Assembly (NCBI GenBank): GCA_000002445.1
Contig: CP000066.1
Location: forward strand, 96,001 to 160,000
DNA: 64,000 bases
Direction: 5' to 3'
Origin: Trypanosoma brucei
Taxonomy: Eukaryota
A model generated the notes under the pieces. The model saw only the letters and a list, made by a program, of their open reading frames with translations. It was not told where the DNA came from and did not search any database. The translations under genes were made by a program, and so were the position numbers. This document shows positions 51,112-63,625 of this stretch, piece by piece. Position 1 is the first letter of the stretch, and each line of letters starts with the position of its first letter.

Positions 51112-52503
51112 AGAATGATGCTCGGGTTCGAATCGGTTTCTGAGTTTACAGTCTACATCACCTTTATATTCTTCGGAATGTCGGCGGTGGTGGTGACAAC
51201 TTCCATATTTTCGATTCCATTCTTTTTTATCGAGTACTACAAGTATGCGCAGGGGGATCCCAATGCAGAGGCGGAGGATCAAAGGTTTTGGAATAACGTC
51301 TTCACGTACTACAATGCCACGACGTTCCTTGTGGAGTTCCTTCTGACTTTATTCATGCTGACAAATCTTGGAAGGCGGATCCCTCTGGCTGTTCGACTCG
51401 GTGCCGGTCTCATCCTCTCAATTTTGGCAGTTTTCGTCGTGATAATGGTCACCATAATAAAAACAACAGAAACCGGCGCCAAGGTAACGATTATGCTCGT
51501 CGGTGTGATCAATGGTGTTGCGGCAACACTTTGTGACACCGGAAACGGTGCCCTTATTAGCCCGTTCCCTACAAAATTTTTCAGCGCCGTTGTGTGGGGT
51601 GTCGCAGTTTGTGGTATCATCACATCGTTCTTCTCTATCGTAATAAAAGCATCTATGGAGAGCAACTACGAAAGCATGTTGACACAGTCCCGAATTTTCT
51701 TTGGCTTGGTTGTCCTTCTTGAAGTGGTTTCCTGCATCCTCTTGGTGCTTCTGAGGAAGAACCCATACGCCATGAAGTATGCAGCAGAGTTTCGGTACGC
51801 CGCAAGGGAAAGGACCAATGCTTGTGAAAACAAAGAAAGTGGCGCATCAAATGGCCCAGCAGAACAAGATGAAGACTCCGTGGCGATTGATAATAACACC
51901 ACGAAAGGGAACGTGATGACGGTCACCGTGGACCCCGACACCATGAAGGACACGGACCAAGTGGAAGACATTACAAACTCGCAGCAAATGCTGAAGGCGA
52001 AGGTATCTGTGGTGCTGAAGCGCGTCTGGCCCATGCTGGCGGCGGGTTTCCTCGCCTTCTCCACCACATTTCTCGTCTACCCTGGTGTATTCTTCGCCGT
52101 CAAAACCGATGTGCCAAACGGTTGGTATATGACTATTACTGCGGCGATGTTTCATTTCGGTGACTTCCTATCGCGCCTCCTCCTTCAGTTCAAGCGGCTG
52201 CAGCCTTCACCACGTTATGTTGTGGTTGGGACATTTGCACGTGTCTTTCTTATAATTCCTCTTGTTTTCTGTGTGCGCGGTATCATTGGTGGCACTCTTC
52301 TCCCTTACATTCTTTCATTTCTTTGGGGCCTCACGTACGGATATTTTGGCGGGATGGCGCTAATACACACGCCACGCACCGGTTCACTGACAGCAGCTGG
52401 TGAACGCTCTCTTGCTGCCAATTGTGCCGTCATTGCGATTCTGTGCGGTCTTTTCTCCGGCTCCATGCTCGCGCTTGCCGTCAAGGAGGGACTTCCTCAA
52501 TAG
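51112..52503 (+). CDS. Equilibrative nucleoside/nucleobase transporter (ENT family), about 463 aa
   Basis: Topology is 11 predicted TM helices with a large hydrophilic loop between TM6 and TM7 (...RKNPYAMKYAAEFRYAARERTNACENKES...). The N-terminus MMLGFESVSEFTVYITFIFFGMS resembles kinetoplastid NT/AT transporters. The longer ORF from 50935 has a non-TM leader, so the start was placed at MMLG. Confidence 0.6.
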   Translation, partial: RMMLGFESVSEFTVYITFIFFGMSAVVVTTSIFSIPFFFIEYYKYAQGDPNAEAEDQRFWNNVFTYYNATTFLVEFLLTLFMLTNLGRRIPLAVRLGAGLILSILAVFVVIMVTIIKTTETGAKVTIMLVGVINGVAATLCDTGNGALISPFPTKFFSAVVWGVAVCGIITSFFSIVIKASMESNYESMLTQSRIFFGLVVLLEVVSCILLVLLRKNPYAMKYAAEFRYAARERTNACENKESGASNGPAEQDEDSVAIDNNTTKGNVMTVTVDPDTMKDTDQVEDITNSQQMLKAKVSVVLKRVWPMLAAGFLAFSTTFLVYPGVFFAVKTDVPNGWYMTITAAMFHFGDFLSRLLLQFKRLQPSPRYVVVGTFARVFLIIPLVFCVRGIIGGTLLPYILSFLWGLTYGYFGGMALIHTPRTGSLTAAGERSLAANCAVIAILCGLFSGSMLALAVKEGLPQ

Positions 52504-55500
52504 CACCGCCCTTCATGGGAACCTCATTGGGCTTTTGGAGCCATATCCGTAAATGAGAAAAATTGCAAGCAAGTACACAAGAGGTGCTTGCTAGCGAATA
52601 TAAACTTGTGGTAACCGAATAAAAAAAAGAAAGAGTGTGTTTGGCACGACCGAACATACGTGAAAGCAAAAAAAAAAAAGCCGTGAGGTGACGTGGTCAA
52701 AGGCGAAGTGAGGCAAGGGGAAGCGCAACTAAAAGAAAGGTTGGGACTTGTAGTCCGGGTTTCAAGAAAAGTCGGGCCACAAGGGACGTGCGCGCGACCT
52801 CCAAAAAGTTATTCTTTGGCTAATTTCCCCCTTTGTTTGTTATTTTTTAAAGTTTATTTATTGTTATTATTATTACTATTATTATTTTTTCCGGTCCCTT
52901 CACAGACACATGCCCACCGTTCTTCACGATATGGATATCACCCGTGTAAACGGAGAGGTGTTTCTGTTTATTTTCATAAGATTTTATTACCCAAGCCCCC
53001 CTCCACTAACAAATTATTTTCTCATATTTTATGGCGGTGCTTTCACTCCACAATACCTGACGCCTTCCACTGGTTATACATCCCACAAGAACGTGTGGAA
53101 AGAAATGCCATTCAGTGTGGAGAATAGCCGAACATATTGGTAGGTTATATCTTTTTTTTTTTTACTCAACTTCATTCTTACGAAAAATTTTTTACTCTGT
53201 GTCCTAAAAACGGGGAAGTGGGGTGAGGAAAGAATATGGGATGGCACTTAAATATACTACTCCATTCTCCTAACTTTCGTTCGTGCTCCACACTCACAAA
53301 AACCAAACCGCGGAACCTTTCAAGGAGTTTTTGTGGTCCATATCGAGCCTTCAAACCATGCAAACCCATTTTTTTTTTTACCTTTTCAATGTTCATTTAT
53401 GTATGAAAAGGAAACCTAGAGTTTGAATAAGCAGCGAAGGAATAGCACCCGTCGCACTGGCTACGCATCTTTTGGTGCAAGTTATGGAACTTACGGCATG
53501 AATTAGAAGGGGCCCAACCCGAAGTGTTGATCATCAACTGATACTCAATGCACGCAAAGTTTTGTTTTTCTAATGATGAGGGTTCACATGCCGCATGTTG
53601 GCGGTGCAGTCGACTGATTGAGATGTCAATGGAACAAACCTCGTTTCGACGCCCAATGGACGGGGGAACTATGCAGTCCGGAATTCGAAATCGTCGACTT
53701 CATGGTGAAGCTGCATCCGTTTTACTCCCACGTCGTCGCAGTCATTGGTGATGCGCGGGGGCACTTAATCTTCACCCACAAACCCCGAAAGCTCAGAGCC
53801 AAAAACGGAAGGATTGAAATTGACGTATCTTGCCAGGTTAGTGGAATCAATGAGCATACTACTTCCGTACTGCAGTTAGCGTAAATAATGTTTTTATTAT
53901 CATGAAGGGAGGAAAGAACATACACGTGAACCTCGTACCGTACACGAAAAGGCGTTGCTGGCGAAATAACGGCACAATCGAATCGGCACCAGCACCACAG
54001 CAGGAAATAAAGCGGGGAATGCAGATGGGACCGGGTATCAGAAGCAAGATGTGACGCACACTTTAGCTGGGTGTGGTCGCGAAAGCAAATCACATGTAAT
54101 TGCAATTGCGGAACTCACCGCAAGCAATACGGAAAACTTAAGCCCGAGACGCACCGATGGAACTTCGTGAGCTCACCTTTTTGGGAAGGTTGAGCTCATC
54201 ACGAAAGCAAGGGCAGGCGACCCATGACAGCTGGTTGTCTTCAGGCAGTTGGAAAAGTTTAAAACCGGAAGCGCCGAGTGAACTGTTTAATACGGCTCCG
54301 CAGGAGGAACTGACTTTACTTTTTTTTAAAAATCCTACACAAACGATACCAGCACCGACAACAATGTTGCCAGGGAAACACGTTCCAACGAGTTCCCACG
54401 GGAGTTGGGGCCTCTCGAGTGGAAGAAAGGGTCCACGTGCGCTGAATCAAGAAAACTCCTTCCTTTATTGAGGTTATTGAGTCTAAAAACCCAAATCTCT
54501 CGAAGTCAGCCTTATGTGGGAGATATGTGCGTGCACCGGGGTGGCAGAACTGAACCTTCCCCCACTGCGCAGGCGTACTAAACAATATCGATTCAATTGG
54601 AATGCTTCTGCGCCTTCGAATTTTGGCTTTGTCATCAATATGCCGCGCCAACGCCTCGGACGCGGCGTAGCCTGATATTAGTAGTTGCTCTCAATCAACT
54701 AACATTAGCCACCTTGAGAGTATGGAGGAATTAAACTAAACATTTCAAACCTCAACGAGGCCACGAATTCTAGTCGCTGGACATGACGAACACGCAAATT
54801 TCAGATACGTTACTTTGAGATCAGCAGCGGGTGTTTAAATTGGAGGCGGGGAGGTTCAATGGGTGTTATAAGAAATCACAGGCATTACGGTGTTGGGTAA
54901 AGTCATGACAATTCGGAGGGAGGCATCACGACACCTTTTTTGTTTTGCCGCAAAAAGTGGTTTTGGATGACCTTTTCAGCCATCAAAGTTCTGATGGATC
55001 AACACCTCAGGAACGCGAAACTTTGCACGTGGGGACTCTGCCGTATTGAAATGGCTGCACGGAGGGTGCCATATGTTATTTTACCCTCTTTAGCTCCTCC
55101 TCTGTTGGAGGGACTTAAAAAAGAAAAAAAGGGAGTTTTCGCAGCGAGCGCGTGTTGAAACACTCACTTGACGCGACCACAAGGGATAACTTAAATTGGT
55201 TTCAATTCACATTTTTTCCGGAGTATTTCTGAGAAATGGGGAGAAGCCAAACTCGCCACCAGCCCTCACTCGTTCGGGGAGAGGCATTTGGCCGCTTTCT
55301 TAACGGTCACTTGCCGCCACTCCGCCATTGCGCACAAAAATCCACCAGGCAGTGGCGTCGGGTTAAGTTATAATGCGGTGCGTGATGAAGACCGATAGTC
55401 CGCCATCCTTTAACGGGAGGCGTTATTTTTTTTTTTAAGTTTTATTTGTTCAGCTACAACTCACTCATTCGGTTGCAAGTGAATCTCAACAATCCAATAT

Positions 55501-56523
55501 CGCGCAATTCGTCACAGCACTCATTTCCATGAACTATACGGAGCGCTGCCTCCCACAGCAATGGGCGGAGAATAAAATCCAAATGTTTTTCCCATCATCC
55601 GTTACATAATGTCCTTCGGGCGAATAAACTCCTGACCGTTTATGTTCAAAATCAATTAATGATGGTGCTGAATAAGTTCCGCCCAATTCCGTTCATTTCC
55701 AAAGACGCCATTTACAAGTGCCCACCGCACGCAGCCGAATTTTACCGGCAGCTAAACTTCACCTCTTTGTTAAAATACGAAAAACTTTAAACAGTAGTAA
55801 TGGAATAATGCCTCCAGCCTCTACAAACGACAGCCGATGCTAAGGCCTTTTCTACTTGTTTTATGCGTGAGAATTTATGGAGAGAGCAAATAACCGAAGT
55901 TGTGAAATAGCGTAGATGGCAGTCGTAACGCAACATCACGGGAATATGAAACGAAATAGCGAGTCACAGCTATCACTTTCTTTATTAAAGCAAAAGGAAA
56001 AAAATCAAACCAGGAGCAAATGCAAGTTGAAAATAAACCTGGTGGTAGAGTGGTATAACTGCCCTCTCCCACTTTTGAGATTGAGAAACAAAAAAAGCAG
56101 CAACAACATATAGTCATTCCCAATTTCTTTAGTAAACTTGCGTGCCACTGTACGTTTCGCAAATATTAAAATCTATTCACTACTGACTCAGGTCGAATGT
56201 TAAATATCATCGTAAAACGCCATTCGGGGCAAATGGCGTGTTTAAAGCTCGTTCAAAATATCCTACAGGACATTCTCCCCCTATGGTTCATATAATTCAC
56301 AGCCCCGTAACGATTTGAAGACGGTTATACCATTATTAGGAAATAACATACTGTAGGAATTAGAAGCCCGTTGAAAGTGCAGGTGCCACGGATACTGCGG
56401 GGATATATTCGCACACATAATCAAGGGTGGATTAATTCACATAAGTGAAAAAGACATAATATTAACGTTGTCGAAAAGCATATATTGATTGCGGATGGAG
56501 GGACCAAATGACGCCTCATGCAC

Positions 56524-57222
56524 CTACAGGGAGAATAACAATACTGAATATATTGTGTTGTAAATCGATCGTAGTGGCTGTTCAGAAATACTTCCCTGTT
56601 GCTCAGCCGGCCGGGATGGACCCTCAGATTCAGTTGGAGCGTTCACTTTCTTATTGGAACCTGCAACTTGTTTTGCGGGTGCGTAATTACCATCACTTTG
56701 CGAAACCTTTTGGCTGGGTTTATTTTCTGTCGAATCATCACGTTTTCCCGCTGGACTGCCAATCCGTTTCTTCTCTCCTGGTGGTGATGGGGCCGAGTCG
56801 GGACTGTCAACAATGTTGTCTCGAGCCTCTGGACCTGATGGAACCCTCGGCTCCGGATTCGTGTCACCATTTTCTTTCACTTCTGAACCCTCCGGATTTG
56901 CGACATTTAGTCCGAAATAAACGGCAAGGAGGGCCCGGTTGCAAGTGTATGTCCACGGACAGCCCAAGCCGCCGATGCAGACGGTGCAGTTTCCTGGTCG
57001 ATCTCTTATTCGCCACTCTTTTTTCACTTCTGTGCAGTTGGCCCTTGCATACTGAGCTAGCTGCCGCTTTCCCTCGGAAGTGGACAGGAAGTTACTTCCG
57101 CCAAAGCTTGGGCAATCAGACACGTGAGCTGTTAAAAGCGGTAAGTTGGATGTAGAAGCGTGCACTAAACAAAATGTCAAGACAAACAAAATTAGCACGC
57201 ACCAAGCCCCAAACCTTGACAT
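56524..57222 (-). CDS. Hypothetical secreted Pro/Ser-rich protein (232 aa from MSRFGAW)
   Basis: Signal peptide MSRFGAWCVLILFVLTFCLVHAS. A Cys-containing N-terminal domain is followed by a low-complexity P/S/E/K-rich tail. The plus-strand ORF 56508..57155 is antisense to it and is probably spurious. Confidence 0.45.
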   Translation of the reverse strand: MSRFGAWCVLILFVLTFCLVHASTSNLPLLTAHVSDCPSFGGSNFLSTSEGKRQLAQYARANCTEVKKEWRIRDRPGNCTVCIGGLGCPWTYTCNRALLAVYFGLNVANPEGSEVKENGDTNPEPRVPSGPEARDNIVDSPDSAPSPPGEKKRIGSPAGKRDDSTENKPSQKVSQSDGNYAPAKQVAGSNKKVNAPTESEGPSRPAEQQGSISEQPLRSIYNTIYSVLLFSL

Positions 57223-60133
57223 CGCTTTATGATGTATTACCTTAAAAGAAGATAAGCAAACATTGAAAAAGATTATTTTCGATGCAAAGCAACTCAATTT
57301 TTATCCAAAGATGCCTCCTTAACAACTCCCTCTATATTAAAGAGTCACGCTCACACCTGTGTCATTCCAGCAATTCCACAGAATATGAGAGTGGCAAACG
57401 GTATTTGTTTAGATTGAAATCTCATCCATTTGCACCCGCTTGACAACTCCAATCTTACGGTATTTACGATGAGAATCCTTTGGGAAATGGCGAGGTGCAA
57501 TAATGTTACGTCCTTCAGTGCTGTTGAACACAGTTGGAGCTCTAACCACAAAAACATAACATTCAAATAAAATCAACAGCCCTCTGATGCTTGCGGAATA
57601 TGTATGTAGAAAAAATAACTTAAAAATTTAAACAAATTAATACCTCAGTAATTGTTTTCCTTTTAATTTTTATTCATGACAAAAATGAAATGTGCTTCTC
57701 CTGAGGATCGCAAAACGCCGCCTTGTCATTCGAGTGCATATCCGATGAGATTAACCTCTTCAGAAACGGGAAGTTACTCATATTTACACTGAGCTCTCCG
57801 TATGAATGCGCCCCCACATGCATCGGGATGCCTTGACATGAACTCAAGTGATGAACCCTAAAAATTATTTATCAGCAAAGTCGTCTCAGTTTCATAATTG
57901 AGATGCCAACGTGAGCAGGACGAAGTGGTCCCACTCAAAATGAGAATTCAGTTGAAATAAATAATAGTGACGAATTTCGTCTCGCGATAATTATCCCCAG
58001 GCGGAAATCCTCACATAAAACTCCACCCCCAAAAGAAAACCAAAAAAATTTTAAACATATTTCCCTGTTCTTCCTTCACGAACATCTTTTCGCATCCGAG
58101 CCGTTGAGATGTTTCATTTTAGTTGCATTCACATCCGACGCATTCATTTCTACCATTTCTATTTGCACTTGGGCTGCTTAAAAAGAAAAAAAGAATTTCA
58201 ATGCAAATTTTCCCAACCTTGTCTATAATAATAATCATAATAATTACATTGGTTTTCCACCGACCAAATTGTCAACCTCCAATAGCGCTAGTTTTATTTC
58301 AAAGGCAAAACAACGCACTGAATTAAATTATGTACTGAAAATATATAACTCTGTGGTGACATTTTTTAAAATTGTTTTTATTGCATTCCTCCACATTTCC
58401 ACCTGAAAAGGCACAACTCCGCTTTCTGGATTCAGTTCTGCTCAGTGCTTGGGAGTTCCGCAAACATGAAACAATTGCTCCCTCCATTCAGTAACGCAAA
58501 CATAACGGGGAGGTTCAGTGATAAAATCCTTGAGCCCATGCATCAAACAGGAAAGAATTTACAACATAAAAGATGATTCGCACGAAATTACAAACGTTTA
58601 ACTGTCAAGGTGCAGTGACATTAACTGGTGTCGACTCAACGTAAGCTTTCAACAATGCCCCTCTTTTTCCTCTTTTTTTTTTGTTAATTCAGGGAAATCA
58701 TAACATAAAAGTGGCCGCTGCGAGTCACTTTGCAACGGAAAAACATTACTATTAAATAAATTTCTCAACATAACTCACAGATGCCGCTACCAAAAGCGAT
58801 GGGAATTGTGCTGAAACGTCACATCTTGTGGTATAAATTCGTGAGATATTCCCTCCTGACGTATAAAAACGGATATTTGTGCATTCAACAAACTCGTAAT
58901 GGTTCCTCATGAATAGTTTTCGAAAAGGTTCAAATAATCACCAACGTGAGCACAACGCCTGCAGTGATGCGAGTATTTATAAACGTCCCATGCAAAATTT
59001 AAGTTAACTGTGTTGAACTGTAATAAAGTTAAATTCAACCGAATGAGTTGAGGTTATTGTGTGGAGGTATTCATCACTCGTAACATCATGAGGAATTCGC
59101 CACACCTCCAACGTAATCATTTAAACTCCGCATGTAATTTGATAGAGAGTTATGTATGCAATTTAAAGTTGCTTCAACTGCCTTTTCTTTTCCCCCCCTC
59201 TCTCCTTTGAAATTGACTGATTCGTATATATTTTATTAACCCTCTCGCCCCATGAGGAACTCGGGCACTTCCGATAACAACAAATCAAACACCATTGGCG
59301 TAACGCTCAGGTGGTTTCAATGCGAAAAGTTTCTCAACCGGGGAGTATTCGGTATTGTAAACTCCGTTTCTTTCGTCCTTAACGTTAATTAATGGAGTTA
59401 TAATTCACAGGTCAAAACAAACAACATAACCAACGCCATTAACACCATTTGACTTTTTATTCCTTTCTTTCTTATTTAGCCTGCAAGGGAGAATTCAAGT
59501 GAGTAAAGGCATGATGATATCAATAGCCCAGAAACCAAAACAAATAAATGTGTGTTATTTGTGTACCTGAGGTTTCAGTTTGTTTTTAGCTTATAAAAGG
59601 AGAGAGAGAGGGAGGAAAAAATATTAAAATGGCACAACTCACACCAAATATGGTGCGTAGGAACATAAAGAAAAACATCTTCTAAAAAGGGCTGCTTAAA
59701 TAACTTAACTGTTGAAGGTTAATATCACCAATCACAGTGTTCATTTTCCCGCTGATAAACATGAAGTGAAAAAACAACAATCCAACTGAATATCAGCTTA
59801 ATTTTAGTCAGTGTACCTCAAGCGGATGCACACGTAACATTCCCCTCGGAACCCCAATATTACAAACGCTTCTTTTTGTTTTTACCCCCCAAGTTAACGC
59901 AACTTTCCATGAGGAAAAAAAAAATCCCTCAACTCATCTTAACAATCATCATCTTTTCACCGAATTTACTGCAAGCGAACAACTGGATAAAACCCCGTTG
60001 ACACCAATTCATTGACCCAACACACACGTAAACCCAAACAAACATCAACTAACACATCATATCTGCGTGAATGAACCTGAATCAAAAAAAAAACGAAGAG
60101 GAAACTTCACATGGCCAATATTTAATTTCTTTT

Positions 60134-60694
60134 TTAATTCCACTCCAATTCATCAGGACGCACCGGTGTGGAAAGGGGAATGACACTACTTTTCGTCCTT
60201 TCCTTATCTCTGGGCATTGCCTTTCGCATGTCAAGTGCATCTTCATTTTCCTTAAAAGGACCTTTTGAGCCACTGCCGTGATAATAATCCAATACGCGTC
60301 TATACACCACATATCCAAGTCCTCGATACATATCTTGTGCAACTTTATTACTTTGTCTTACAAAAAGATCTACAAAATACGCATTGTGAATATATTCAGT
60401 GGTTGCCTCAAGTTCTTTCATGAGTGTTACACCCAACCCAAGTCGTCGGAAGGTTGGCGCTACCGTAACTGCTGATACGTGTCCATGGAAATCTTCAGCT
60501 TCACCTTCCGCTTTTCCGAGTGTATAAGCCATCGTAACACCTGTAGTCGGATGAATGCAAATGCGTTGATACTCGGGCCAATGCGTTACATATTCTCCAT
60601 AAAAAGAGGAATTATATGTTTCAGTTAACTGGTCCATGTTGACAAAGTTAAAAGACATAATGTCCACTAAGTTGAAATCCCTAAAAGTGGTCAT
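60134..60694 (-). CDS. NAA20: N-alpha-acetyltransferase 20 (NatB catalytic subunit, GNAT family)
   Basis: MTTFRDFNLVDIMSFNFVNMDQLTETY...WPEY...HGHVSAVTVAPTFRRLGLG...FVDLFVR.SN.VA..MY..LGY.VYR.V..YY is a strong match to eukaryotic NAA20/Nat3. The GNAT acetyl-CoA motif RRLGLG is present. The start was set at Met38 of the ORF, matching the orthologue N-terminus MTT.R.F. Confidence 0.85.
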   Translation of the reverse strand: MTTFRDFNLVDIMSFNFVNMDQLTETYNSSFYGEYVTHWPEYQRICIHPTTGVTMAYTLGKAEGEAEDFHGHVSAVTVAPTFRRLGLGVTLMKELEATTEYIHNAYFVDLFVRQSNKVAQDMYRGLGYVVYRRVLDYYHGSGSKGPFKENEDALDMRKAMPRDKERTKSSVIPLSTPVRPDELEWN

Positions 60695-61054
60695 GGCAAT
60701 ACGGACTGTTTCTCTCTTCCTACCAGTTGTTGTTGTTGTTGGTAGTTGTTTTGCGTGAGAATTGTAAAAAAAGAAAAGAAAGCGAAGAGACGTCACAAAC
60801 AACAAAAAAAAGTGTGTGTGTGTATGTGTGTGTATGGAGGGTTATTGTGCGACAATAATCATGCTACCGATAGCATTTACTCATGTTCAAGCGATTAGGT
60901 GGGGAAGTTACGGAACCGTGGAAAAACAAATGTGCCCAACCAGTATGCACATCGGTTTACCGCCAACGGCGCCTTTTCTTTATATTCGACTCGTCACTTC
61001 CATTTAAACGGTTACAGAAAGAAGATGTTTCTCCTCATCATCATTTTCCATGAT

Positions 61055-63481
61055 TTAGGCATCGAATTCAGTAAATTGCTGGTGTTTATATGTTGGACCC
61101 TCCAGTTTCTTTTTGTTTTCATACCAATCCCTCGTAACTTTGCGTTGCTTTTGAACCACTGTGCTCCTATAGCGGTCATCATGTGGCACCTCCGTGCGTA
61201 GCACTTTTCGAGGCCGCTCACTGCCATCATCCAACACAACTGATGTTGTTTCTCTTGCCACTTTTCTATCTTCCTTAATGAGTCCTTGCAACTGTGAGCG
61301 AACTTCGCTGGGTCTTTTGTCAATACCAAAGTTTTGAGCGACATGACCCAAATGAAGGGCATCGGAATTGAAGAAAAGACGCTTAAGTTCCCTGGAATGA
61401 CCGGCGTATGCTCTTATGTATGACTGATAGGCGAATAATGCAAGTCTGGTGATGTCATCAGTTCTGCCGGTGCTTTCATCATTCACATTTTCTTCGTTTG
61501 AATGCCGCTTCATAACTAGTCGGCATATGGCGCGCTCCAAAGTTGCAGTGCTCTGAGCCCACATGTGATTGGCTTTGGGATCCAATTTAGTTAAATAAAA
61601 GAGGAATGACTCATATTTCCTTTCCTCTATGATTCCTGATTCGGCATTGGCACCTTTCGCCATGGAACCTAATTTGGTTTCCTTTGCTAAGAAGTTACTC
61701 AAATAAGATGCATACCCCTCCTCGTGTGGCATGAGAAATAACATGGAATCCCCCGTGTTACCAATACGTGCTGTGCGGCCAATGCGATGAATGTAACACG
61801 GCGCATCAGTAGGCGGATCATAATGCACAATCCAATCAACATTAGGCATGTCAAGCCCCCGCGCGGCAACGTCTGTGCAAAAGAGAATTCCCTTTTTGGA
61901 AGGTTGAACGCTGCTGTCCATATGTTTGAAGGCATGGAAAACAGAGGCTCGATCAACTTGTGACATATTACCGTGCAGTTTAAATATGTTAACGTCAAGA
62001 ACAGCATTTTTCTCGGATAATTCACTTACTTCAGTCGGATCCTCATCATCCGAGTCATCATCAAAAGTGACAACGTCCTCATCTCGACCCTCGTGAATGT
62101 GCCTATTGGCTTCCCCAATACGCTTTTTTAAGCTGTAGCGATTTGAGTTTTTTTGAGGTGCGCCAGCGCTTCTGCCACTGTTTGTCTTGCCACGAAAAGG
62201 TGACTTCAATCTGGACAACAAATAATAATGAAATTCAGCACTGTCTGCAGTTGAAACAAAAACGATAAGTCTTTGAGCTCCAGCGTCCAACTGCGACCGA
62301 AGAAAGCTTATGAGTGTTGCCAGGCGGTGCTTTGTTGGTACCAATACATAGTGTTGCCGCAACGATGAAGGAATAGAAAAAGTGTCCTCCGTCTCACCAA
62401 CGCGAACAATATTATCCCGTAGCGCAAAATGAGAGAGTCGTTCAACAGCCGCCGTTATGGTGGCCGAAACGAGAACTCGTTTAAACGAGGATTGCGCGTC
62501 CCCGCCGCCTGTTTGGTGTGCGTCCCGTTTCTTCGCTACTAACAAATCCATAACCTCACGAATAGTCTTTTCGAACCCCATATCGAGTAACCGATCAGCC
62601 TCATCCAACACAATAGTTTGCAACTCCTCTACTCGAAAGGATGATGTGGCCTTGAGATGATCCAAAAGCCTTCCAGGCGTCGTTGCCAAAATTGTTATTC
62701 CTTTTCGTAGTCTCGCCTTTTCCTTGTGCCTATTCTCACCTCCATGAATCCCGCCTACCGTAAGGAAGAGGGCACAACGCGTAAGAATAGTGAGTACATC
62801 CGACACCTGTACTACCAACTCTCGAACTGGACACAAAACAATAATGACAGAACCGACGTCACGCTTCAGTGGCCGGGTGTCGCAATCGCAGAGCAATTGA
62901 TGAAGCAGAGGAAGCGCATACGCTAAAGTTTTACCGCTTCCCGTCTCGCTTCTGACGAGAACATCACGTGTTTTATCAACCATGGGCATCCAACTAAGTT
63001 TTTGTATGCGCGTCAACGAGTTAATGCACAAAACTTCTGTTAAGGGCCGAATCAACTTCTTGTGCACAAGTTCTGCTATGGGAGGAAGTGATTCGGCTTC
63101 ATGGCTTACACTATCTGCTTGAAACGCCACGGACTCCGCCTCAACTTCTTTCGGCACCGGCACTACTTTTGAGGCTGTTCGTTTTACGGGAACGTCACTT
63201 GATTTTTTCACACGTCCCACCGTTCCACCGTCGGGTTTCTGCTGCTGAACTTCCGAAGAACGTTGAGTCTTTTTGTCTTTTATAGATTCGCTAGAATTTG
63301 CACATTGCGTTGCCGCTTGGTTTTTCCTTTTGGCAGCACCCTTCACAACCACTTCGTCACTAATATCAGTTAACTGAGATGAACCGGTAGCAGAGAGTAA
63401 ATGCCGAAGTGCGTCTTGTTCGTCATTTTCCGTAAGGCCGTGAACACAGAGATGAGCCCTCTCGGAACCCGCTAGTGACAT
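61055..63481 (-). CDS. ATP-dependent DEAD-box RNA helicase (about 809 aa)
   Basis: Helicase motifs are GSGKT (motif I), PTREL-like VRELVVQ, VLDEADRLLDMGF (DEAD), SAT, and HRIGRTAR (motif VI). The poly-Leu N-terminal extension in the ORF track is probably untranslated. The start was set at MSLAGSE, downstream of a polypyrimidine tract. Confidence 0.8.
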   Translation of the reverse strand: MSLAGSERAHLCVHGLTENDEQDALRHLLSATGSSQLTDISDEVVVKGAAKRKNQAATQCANSSESIKDKKTQRSSEVQQQKPDGGTVGRVKKSSDVPVKRTASKVVPVPKEVEAESVAFQADSVSHEAESLPPIAELVHKKLIRPLTEVLCINSLTRIQKLSWMPMVDKTRDVLVRSETGSGKTLAYALPLLHQLLCDCDTRPLKRDVGSVIIVLCPVRELVVQVSDVLTILTRCALFLTVGGIHGGENRHKEKARLRKGITILATTPGRLLDHLKATSSFRVEELQTIVLDEADRLLDMGFEKTIREVMDLLVAKKRDAHQTGGGDAQSSFKRVLVSATITAAVERLSHFALRDNIVRVGETEDTFSIPSSLRQHYVLVPTKHRLATLISFLRSQLDAGAQRLIVFVSTADSAEFHYYLLSRLKSPFRGKTNSGRSAGAPQKNSNRYSLKKRIGEANRHIHEGRDEDVVTFDDDSDDEDPTEVSELSEKNAVLDVNIFKLHGNMSQVDRASVFHAFKHMDSSVQPSKKGILFCTDVAARGLDMPNVDWIVHYDPPTDAPCYIHRIGRTARIGNTGDSMLFLMPHEEGYASYLSNFLAKETKLGSMAKGANAESGIIEERKYESFLFYLTKLDPKANHMWAQSTATLERAICRLVMKRHSNEENVNDESTGRTDDITRLALFAYQSYIRAYAGHSRELKRLFFNSDALHLGHVAQNFGIDKRPSEVRSQLQGLIKEDRKVARETTSVVLDDGSERPRKVLRTEVPHDDRYRSTVVQKQRKVTRDWYENKKKLEGPTYKHQQFTEFDA

Positions 63482-63574
63482 AAATATTTTCTTTTCCGCT
63501 TTAACAGTTTCCTTTTCCTTAACTTTTCCCCGACAAACCCCTTTGGTTCCCTCTGTTTTTAGGATGGTGAAGAG

Positions 63575-63625
63575 AGGAGGAGGAGGAGGAGGAGGGGGGA
63601 TAAAAAATAAAAAAAAAAGAAGGCC
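63575..63625 (-). promoter_or_regulatory. Polypyrimidine tract (minus strand), a candidate trans-splice acceptor signal for the helicase mRNA
   Basis: The plus strand reads gaagagaggaggaggaggaggaggggggataaaaaataaaaaaaaaagaagg, so the minus strand is CT-rich. It lies about 100-150 nt upstream of the helicase start. Confidence 0.4.

Noticed and set aside
56508-57155. 215-aa plus-strand ORF
   Set aside because: It is antisense to the signal-peptide-bearing minus-strand ORF. It lacks features and is probably spurious.
61012-61362. 116-aa minus-strand ORF overlapping the helicase 3' end
   Set aside because: It is an alternative frame within or adjacent to the helicase CDS with no support.
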